Source of the DNA: Guillardia theta CCMP2712
Taxonomy: Eukaryota > Protista > Cryptophyta
Direction: 5' to 3'
Assembly (NCBI RefSeq): GCF_000315625.1
Contig: NW_005434580.1
Location: 118,846-170,247 of the forward strand
Length of the DNA: 51,402 nt
In this document: piece after piece, positions 44,531 to 51,402 of the stretch
Numbering within the stretch: the stretch's first letter is position 1
How the letters are laid out: each line of letters begins with the position of its first letter
Program-made: the position numbers and the translations under genes
The notes under the pieces: model-generated
Databases searched by the model: none
What the model was told of the DNA's origin: nothing
The model's input: only the letters and a program-made list of their open reading frames with translations

Positions 44531-46437
44531 ATCTGATAGCACAGCTCACTTTTATCGCCGTCATCTTTCCCCCTGTCATCGCATTCACCACGATTCCTTG
44601 CTTTGACTCCGCAGGACAGGTTCTCATCGCAGACCTCCATCAGTAAGAACACTTTCAAGATCTCACATTCAACGTTTTGGAGGTAAAACTGCATCTCTCC
44701 ATCGGCCACTTGACCCTCTTGCCGTCCTCCTTGCGATCAGGGATGAGAAGTCATCAGCGATCAGAGCGGAAGACCTCTCATCCCAGCCATCCCGGCTCAA
44801 CAACTCTCGAGAAGAACTTGAGATGATTGCTAGGGTATGCAAAGCTGTCATCCCTATTGATCTCAACCTCCTCCCATCAGAGATCAGAGCTCGAGAGCCT
44901 CGGTCTGCTCAGCGGAGGCGATGGGAAGGGGGTCGGCGTGAAGAGAGATGAAGACAACAGAGTTGTCAGTGCAGTATTTCTTGCAGTCTTGCCGTTGTGT
45001 TTACACGTTGTTCATGATCAGGTTGTTATCCGTCACCCGATGGAGACAGACAGTCAGGTGAAAGAGAAGACAGAGTCGACAAGCAGCGTCTGCGTCATTG
45101 ACGGTGTTGTTGGCCCAGTACAACTTGAGGAAAAAGATCCGCAGCAACAAGGAACGGGACACGTTTTCAAAGAAGGTTCACAACCCACATCACTTGTTCT
45201 CCTCCCTCATCTGATCGCAGAACGAAGTGCAAACATCAGGAAGGCTGCGAACAAAGAAGACAAGCTTGTCGCAGAAACCAGCAGACGCTGATGTGAACGA
45301 AGCAAGCTGATCTCCCCCTCATAATCCTGACGCTGCATGCTGGCAGGGGTTCGCTGACTTTCAAGAAGCGCGTCAGGTTCCACTCGATCTCTTCCTCCTC
45401 CACCCTCGTGCAGATCCAAAAACAAAAATGTCAAACAAGTCAAACACGGGGTTGAGCGATAAAGTTCAAGGCAACGAGCCCAGCAGGACTCCGCCTGAGG
45501 TGTTTCCTCCTCTCCCCTTCTTCATCCTCTCCATCCTCTCCCTGCTACTGCCTTCATTCCCTTGCTCTCCTTTTCCCTTCTTTTCCCCATCCCTTCTTCT
45601 TGCTATTGTCTCTCCCCTCCCTGCTCCCCTCCTGCTCCCCTCCCTCCCCTCCCTGCTACTCCCCTCCCTGCTACTCCCCTCCCTTCTCCCCTCCCTTCTC
45701 CCCTCCCTTCTCTCCTCCCCTCCCTGCTACTCCCCTCCCTTCTCCCCTCCCTTCTCCCCTCCCTTCTCTCCTCCCCTCCCTGCTACTCCCCTCCCTTCTC
45801 CCCTCCCCTGCTCTGTGTAGGACTCATTCTCCTCATCTCAGTCACCCATGGATGATCTCGACGATTTCTTGCGCCGCCACTTGTCCGACGAGGATCCAGC
45901 AAGCAGGCCTTCCTCCTCCCAACCCCCTGCTCTCCACAGGCGGGAGGCACCGGAGGCTCCTCCCTCCTCCGGGTCGTCGCGGCACTTGAACGACTTTGGG
46001 GAGGTGGATATGCTGATCGGTAGGAGAAGAGAGAGCTGCTGCCGTTAACTCACGTTGCGCAACTTCAGTTGATGCCATCAGCCTGTTGCCTGTCAAGCTC
46101 GTCGACCTGCTGCTGTCAAGGTGTGATGAGAGCCTAGACTCCGTTCCCAGCTGAAGAGGAACTGGAGTTGACCCTTGTTTGCAGCTGGGAAAGGGAGGGA
46201 TTGTTTACTTCGGACGATATCGAGAGCAAGAAGAAGATGTACCTGCTTTCTCTGTCCTCTTCTCCTCTCCTGAGGCTCCTGCTCCTCCTCCTCTCGTATC
46301 CTCGCCAACTCTCTTGCCCCTTCCTCCTGTCTTGCTCTCCTCACTCAGTCACTTCTCCTGCCGCAGGCTCAAAGACGCCAGGAGGGCTCAGGTCTCCTAC
46401 AACATGCAACATAAGTAAATCATATCATCACCAGTAG
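41484..46437 (+). CDS. Uncharacterised multi-exon coiled-coil protein (boundaries approximate)
   Basis: Short GT-AG-bounded exons such as LESQKEELLKQKKEAIAE, ILQMWGKNFEAALQ, NAIEDAERQYEVQMKQ, separated by microsatellite-rich introns. Confidence 0.45.
44447..44530. repeat. (CAT)n microsatellite, intronic
   Basis: Direct reading. Confidence 0.95.
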
Positions 46438-46906
46438 CACCTGACATACTAGTCAAATTTTACTCATCAAACTCAACAATCCGGTTCCGACTCTAGATCC
46501 CGGCCCGGCAGTCGGCGGCCCGGCAGAGTCGGCCCGGCAAGAGTCGGCCCGGCAAGAGTCGGCCCGGCACACTCATAGCGATGAGGAGGTCTGCAAGCAG
46601 CTGCGCTACAAGCTCTCTATGTCCAGTGCAAGTGAAATGGAAGTCATTTCTTGAAGATGAGGCTTGTTGTGTGTAGGCTATGACGGGCGTGCTTGATATT
46701 TGAAAAAGCATCGAGCTCAAAGAGGGGCAGGTAGAGAGGAATGGAGCGTCGGCAATTGCAGAGAGAAGGCAAGATTGCAGCGATGAAAGAGAAAATGTCG
46801 AAATATACCAAACAGTTACAAGGCAAACAGCTAAAGAACTGCTTGTATCTCCCATCTAGTAGAGTCTGACAAGACACTATGGAGACCCAAGATCTAAGAG
46901 TCTGAA

Positions 46907-49195
46907 TCAGCGGCGAGAACTGAAGATGGACGTGTGTTTCAACTTCAGGTCCGACATCAACCCCCAAGGGTAAAAGATCTTTCGATTCTCGTCAAAAGTG
47001 AAACAGAAGAAGTCTCCATCTTTGCCCATCGTGCACGTATGGTTCTTCTGGCATACCCAGACTTCAATCGAGTTTGGGATCATCAACTGACCCAGCCCGC
47101 CGGTCATGAACCGAACTTGCTTCTGGTGAGCAAGAATCTCAACGAGCTCTTTCCAGCTGTGTGTCATGGTGCAGTTCGAGTAGTGATTTCTGAGGGGATA
47201 GACAGGATCTGGGATACAAGTGAGATTATCGGGTCTGAGAGCAAATGGACTGTATCCTTCCTTGCACTTCCACTTGTCCATGCCTGGTGGCTCGGGTGTG
47301 GTCATTACCGGGGTAGTTGAAGGCGAGGTCACTTTAACTTGCACGGGGGTTGTTGTAGTAGAGCTGAACGATGAAGTTGTCGTGAAGTTGGTTTTGTTGG
47401 CTTCCTGAGAGATCTTTCTTGTGTTGTCGTCGGCAGAGATTTTCTGTGATGTTCCTGTTTCTGACGTGTTGGTCGCGTTGAGCATTTCCGAGGAGTTGGT
47501 TGAGTTATCATCGGAAGGAAAGCTGAGAGGCGCAATCGTATAGCTGGAAAAATAAGATGTCGCACTGACCGATGAGAACAGATCAGTTCCTAGCCCCGCC
47601 TTGACGGCCTCGGTGTTAAGGGAGGAGGCAATCAGATTCTGCGAAGCTTTGGATGCGTACAACTTGCTCTTGGTGCTGATCGCAGCCTTGATCAAAGTTG
47701 AGGAAGACGAATCGCTGCTCTCACTGTTGATGATAACGTCACTCTGCGTTGCAGGGGGTCCAGCAACGTTTGCAAGAACAGTTCGGATGATATCTCTTGC
47801 CGTTGACGTCAGACTCGTCGATGCTGCTGCGTAGGTGAAGCTGACGTTGACCCACAGCTCAGATGAAGGCTGGACGATAACCTGGGGGATACACTTGATG
47901 AACATACATCCCACAGTCAACGTGCTCGTGTCATCCCAGAATCCATAGGTCACCGGGTTTAGACCACTCTCTGAGAACATCTTCTCTTGGCCGATATCAT
48001 TCAAGATTTGATCAAAATGAGCTTGATCAGTGACATTGACAAAGAAGGAGACCTTGACTAGAAACGGTTCTGACGTTGTTCTCAACTTGGAATGCTTGTG
48101 CTTGCCCTCCCGGTGCTGTCGTCTTGTCGCTGATTGGACCGCGCCCTTTAAAAGTCCAGACGACCTTGCCGTTCTTGCGAGAGCACTTCCAACCAACTTC
48201 AGATCGTCGGCTTCGACATTGTTCGTGACTGCAGCAAAGGAAGCTTGCCACACGTCTCCCGTGTCCTGGTAGGTGGTGACAAAGTCATACGCCCCCCATC
48301 CCAACCTTATAACAACCCCATAAGGAGGCGGAATGAAGCCAGATGCTGTCCTGAGGATATCGAGCTTGAGAGAGTCAGAGAAGCTGGAGTCAGCGGCGAC
48401 GTCGGCGGTCAAGGAGTAGGAGATCTTGATGATGTCGATCTGCGCTAGAGTCTTGGGCTTCAACACGAAGCCAAGACTCATGTCCACCAGAAGACTTTCT
48501 GCCGTCTCCACCAGAGTGTCGAACTCAGAGGACGAGAAGGTCGATCCTCCACACGTACCCCTGCATCCCCAGAAGAATCCTTGATCGCAGCAGCCGCATG
48601 TTCCCGAGTCTCTTTGACTGCATGGGCCCGTGCCTGTTGAGTCCCCACAAGATCCCAGGCAGCCGTAGAATATTCCAGAGGAGCAGCATCCACACTCATA
48701 CGTTGATCGATCGCTGCAAGGCCCTGACCCTGCTCCTCCGCATGTTCCAGAGCATCCGTACAAGTATCCATCATCACAACAGCCGCATCGACCAGTTCGC
48801 CTTGTCGAGCATGGCCCTGTGTCTGGGGTGCATGGACAGCATGTAGTGCAACCGAAGAAAATACCCTCTTCACAACATCCGCAATCGCAGGAAAAGAGAC
48901 CAAGAACCGAAGACGAACTACCAGATGTCGACAAGGATCCATTGCCGGCATGAGGAAGCGATCTGCGACCTGGTGTGAACGCATGCAAGGTAGAGCGAAG
49001 CATTTTGGGAAGGTTTTGTTTGGCAATGGTGAGCTTTGCTCTAGTTCTCAACATGGCAGAAGACATCGCCAAGGCAGATCTATGCTCATTCCTAGGGTTC
49101 ATGATGAACCCAAAGTACAGGGCTGCCATGATCGCCGCCATGGCCGTCATCGCCGTCACCATCGCGCACCCTCGCATCATCTTAACCATCCCCAT
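46907..49195 (-). CDS. Intronless 762-aa membrane-anchored/secreted protein with four Cys-rich repeats and Ser/Thr-rich stalk
   Basis: Long ORF; N-terminal hydrophobic anchor; repeats CGCCxxGxxxGCxGxCG..GPC. Confidence 0.75.
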   Translation of the reverse strand: MGMVKMMRGCAMVTAMTAMAAIMAALYFGFIMNPRNEHRSALAMSSAMLRTRAKLTIAKQNLPKMLRSTLHAFTPGRRSLPHAGNGSLSTSGSSSSVLGLFSCDCGCCEEGIFFGCTTCCPCTPDTGPCSTRRTGRCGCCDDGYLYGCSGTCGGAGSGPCSDRSTYECGCCSSGIFYGCLGSCGDSTGTGPCSQRDSGTCGCCDQGFFWGCRGTCGGSTFSSSEFDTLVETAESLLVDMSLGFVLKPKTLAQIDIIKISYSLTADVAADSSFSDSLKLDILRTASGFIPPPYGVVIRLGWGAYDFVTTYQDTGDVWQASFAAVTNNVEADDLKLVGSALARTARSSGLLKGAVQSATRRQHREGKHKHSKLRTTSEPFLVKVSFFVNVTDQAHFDQILNDIGQEKMFSESGLNPVTYGFWDDTSTLTVGCMFIKCIPQVIVQPSSELWVNVSFTYAAASTSLTSTARDIIRTVLANVAGPPATQSDVIINSESSDSSSSTLIKAAISTKSKLYASKASQNLIASSLNTEAVKAGLGTDLFSSVSATSYFSSYTIAPLSFPSDDNSTNSSEMLNATNTSETGTSQKISADDNTRKISQEANKTNFTTTSSFSSTTTTPVQVKVTSPSTTPVMTTPEPPGMDKWKCKEGYSPFALRPDNLTCIPDPVYPLRNHYSNCTMTHSWKELVEILAHQKQVRFMTGGLGQLMIPNSIEVWVCQKNHTCTMGKDGDFFCFTFDENRKIFYPWGLMSDLKLKHTSIFSSRR

Positions 49196-50034
49196 AGGCT
49201 GGACTGGTCCTCACCTGATCCCCGAGCCTAACCACCCCTATTGCACCCCTACCCTGACCCCTCCCCCCCACCGTTTTGTCTGGCCCTACGGGTGCTTTAG
49301 ATCTTTTTTCCGAAGTTCACAATGACCATTCGAGTTCCCTCTGGCACGTGACTGCCAGTAGTGACGGTAGACCACCCCCGCTTTTAACTTATCGGACGGG
49401 GGTAGAAAAGTCATGAGTGACTGAGAGCGGCCGGGCCGCGTGGCGGGCGCGGTCACCGGCGTACGGCCATCCCGCCGGAAGCGGCCCCGGACCGTACGGT
49501 ACTCGGAGCCCCGGACCGGGACTGCCCGCTGCCAGTGGCACGTGTCAGAGTCACGTGGGTGAATCGTTGAACGAAAATAGCTCAGTTACGACCTTGCCGA
49601 AAGATCGTGGCAGTCGGAGTTTTAAGGCCCGACTCTGACTCAACAGACTATATTTTTACTCAAAGTTAAGTTAAAAATCAGTACGAGGACAATCAGGAGA
49701 GTCGAAAGGAGGCTTGATCGGACCCTGACACTGAGGCCACCATGGCAGCGAGCTGACGATACTATCAGTTAGCAGTCGCAACTTGGCAAGGTGACCGTTG
49801 GAGGACCAATTGGCATCTTCAACCGGTGGCTTGCGGCGTACCCTTGCGCGTGCCCAAGGGACAATCAGTCTGAAAGTGGCAGTCGCTTCTAGTATGAAAT
49901 TAGTGTCTTTGCAATAGCAGGTATAATGTCCCGAGGCGGGCTGGTATTTGTTTTGTAAAAATGGAACTGCAACCGGTCGCAACCACAAGATACGAACCGT
50001 TGGGTCTTTACAAATCAGCTATAACCGTCTCTCC

Positions 50035-50188
50035 TAAGCTCTCCTAGCCTTGAAGCTCTCCTACCTTGAACAACCTTGAAGCTCTCCTACCTTGAAGCTC
50101 TCCTACCTTGAAGCTCTCCTACCTTGAAGCTCTCCTACCCTTGAAGCTCTCCTACCCATTGAAGCTCTGCAACACATTGAAGCTCTTC
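50035..50188. repeat. 16-bp tandem repeat (ttgaagctctcctacc)n upstream of RWP-RK gene
   Basis: About 9 perfect or degenerate units. Confidence 0.9.
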
Positions 50189-50209
50189 TGCCCTACAAGA
50201 TTTCATTCA

Positions 50210-50819
50210 ATGCTGCCTGATCGCCCTTCTGTCTTCGTCGCTCCTCGCCCTAGACGGGACCCCCTTGAACCAGCTCCTTTGCCCAGCACTCAGATCCGCC
50301 TCTCCCCCGCCATCCTGCAGCCTCTCTTCAACCTCAAGCGTGACGCCGCTGCCCAGCATCTGGTATGCCTCTCCTCTACTCTTGTCTGCATCCCCCTATC
50401 TGACCTCTCCCTCCTGCTGCCAGGGCATCTCTCTCTCGAGCCTCAAGTCTGCCTGCAGGAGGCTCGGCATCACTCGCTGGCCGGGGCCCCGGCAAGCAGG
50501 CGCCGACACTGATGATGTGCAGGAGCCGCCGGCAGAGCAGGCAGATCAAGAGGAGAGCCGGGGCCCTGCCACTACTGCAAGTTCTATCACCATTACTACT
50601 ACTAACCCTACAACTGTTACCCCTTCCTCCCCTTCCTCCCCTTCGCTCCCTTCCCCCCCCTCCTCCTTTTCCTCCCCCTTCTCCTCAGCTTCTGAGCATG
50701 AAGAGCAAGAGCACGAACGGGTTGGTTCGGAAGAGTCAAACTCTCACAGCGCCAGCGGCTCAGGGTCGTGTGGCACTGGCGTGGCAGCTGCAGCAGCTCG
50801 ACAGGTGGGAGCTGAGTGA
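50210..50819 (+). CDS. RWP-RK domain transcription factor (intron 50363-50423; may extend to ~51083 by further splicing)
   Basis: LSPAILQPLFNLKRDAAAQHL|GISLSSLKSACRRLGITRWP. Confidence 0.9.
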
Positions 50820-51212
50820 GGGCCAAGCGTGGACGTCAAGCATAGCGGAAGCGACCGGCACTTTCGCAAAAGAAGAGAACAAGAACGAGTGGCAAGGCGA
50901 TCACGAGGAGGAGGAGAAAGCATGCATACGAAGAGCATGCTGAAGACATGTTTGATGAGCTCGAAAGTTTCTGATCGTTGGAAGTCTTCGATCGATAGCG
51001 AGCTGCATGATGTGGTTGGTTTCTTCCGGCACGCAGCATCTCTGAACGTGCTCTTTTGTTCAGTGCAGCAATGGACGTTTTAACCTGCTCTCCATGCACA
51101 TGGACTGCGGAAGTACAAACAAGACTCTTAAATGTACAGGCTGGTGATCGGCAACAAAAGGAGAAATAGTTTCGATACTAAAGAACAAACTTTATAAAAC
51201 GAAGTACACCTA

Positions 51213-51330
51213 CTATCTGATATTGTACAATGCACTTTCAGTGAAGAATGAATCACTTGCTGAGACTAGTATCCTTGCTCTTGGCTCTGTGAGACCAAGT
51301 TTGTGTATAGTCTGGAAGTCCCTTTGGAAC
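51213..51330 (-). CDS. Probable last exon of a gene extending beyond the window
   Basis: ag acceptor then FQRDFQTIHKLGL...ALYNIR*; preceded by microsatellite-rich intron-like DNA. Confidence 0.35.
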
Positions 51331-51402
51331 CTAAGCAAGGAACTCATCACCCTCACCCTCACCCTTACCACCACCACCAAAATCATCATCATCATCATCA
51401 CC

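Overview
Eukaryotic, intron-rich nuclear DNA. Short GT-AG introns packed with (CCTCT)n/(GCTCT)n/(GACGAG)n/(CAT)n microsatellites and GC-rich promoter islands suggest a cryptophyte alga (Guillardia/Hanusia-like; inference). Resident genes: a PLAT-domain protein, an OTU-deubiquitinase/Zn-finger/NADAR fusion, a pseudokinase/TPR-like protein, a GT90 glycosyltransferase, DPH5 apparently spliced in frame to a DUF455 ferritin-like domain, an ankyrin/FN2/IPT-TIG membrane protein, a coiled-coil protein, a Cys-repeat surface protein and an RWP-RK transcription factor. The dominant structure is a ~4.5-kb direct duplication (7854-12358 and 24716-29236) bracketing a ~12.4-kb insert. The insert holds inverted pieces of downstream host genes, two separated pieces of a Crypton-type tyrosine-recombinase gene, virus-like ORF fragments, a Ty3/gypsy RNase H scrap, a Tcp11 scrap, a 150-bp tandem array and a palindrome cluster. 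It also carries one intact intronless gene encoding an EF-hand / heme-oxygenase-like diiron oxidase / SAM methyltransferase / Fe-2OG dioxygenase fusion, a candidate Ca2+-regulated single-polypeptide biosynthetic pathway. All domain calls are by motif recognition by eye; no searches were run and most exon boundaries are approximate.
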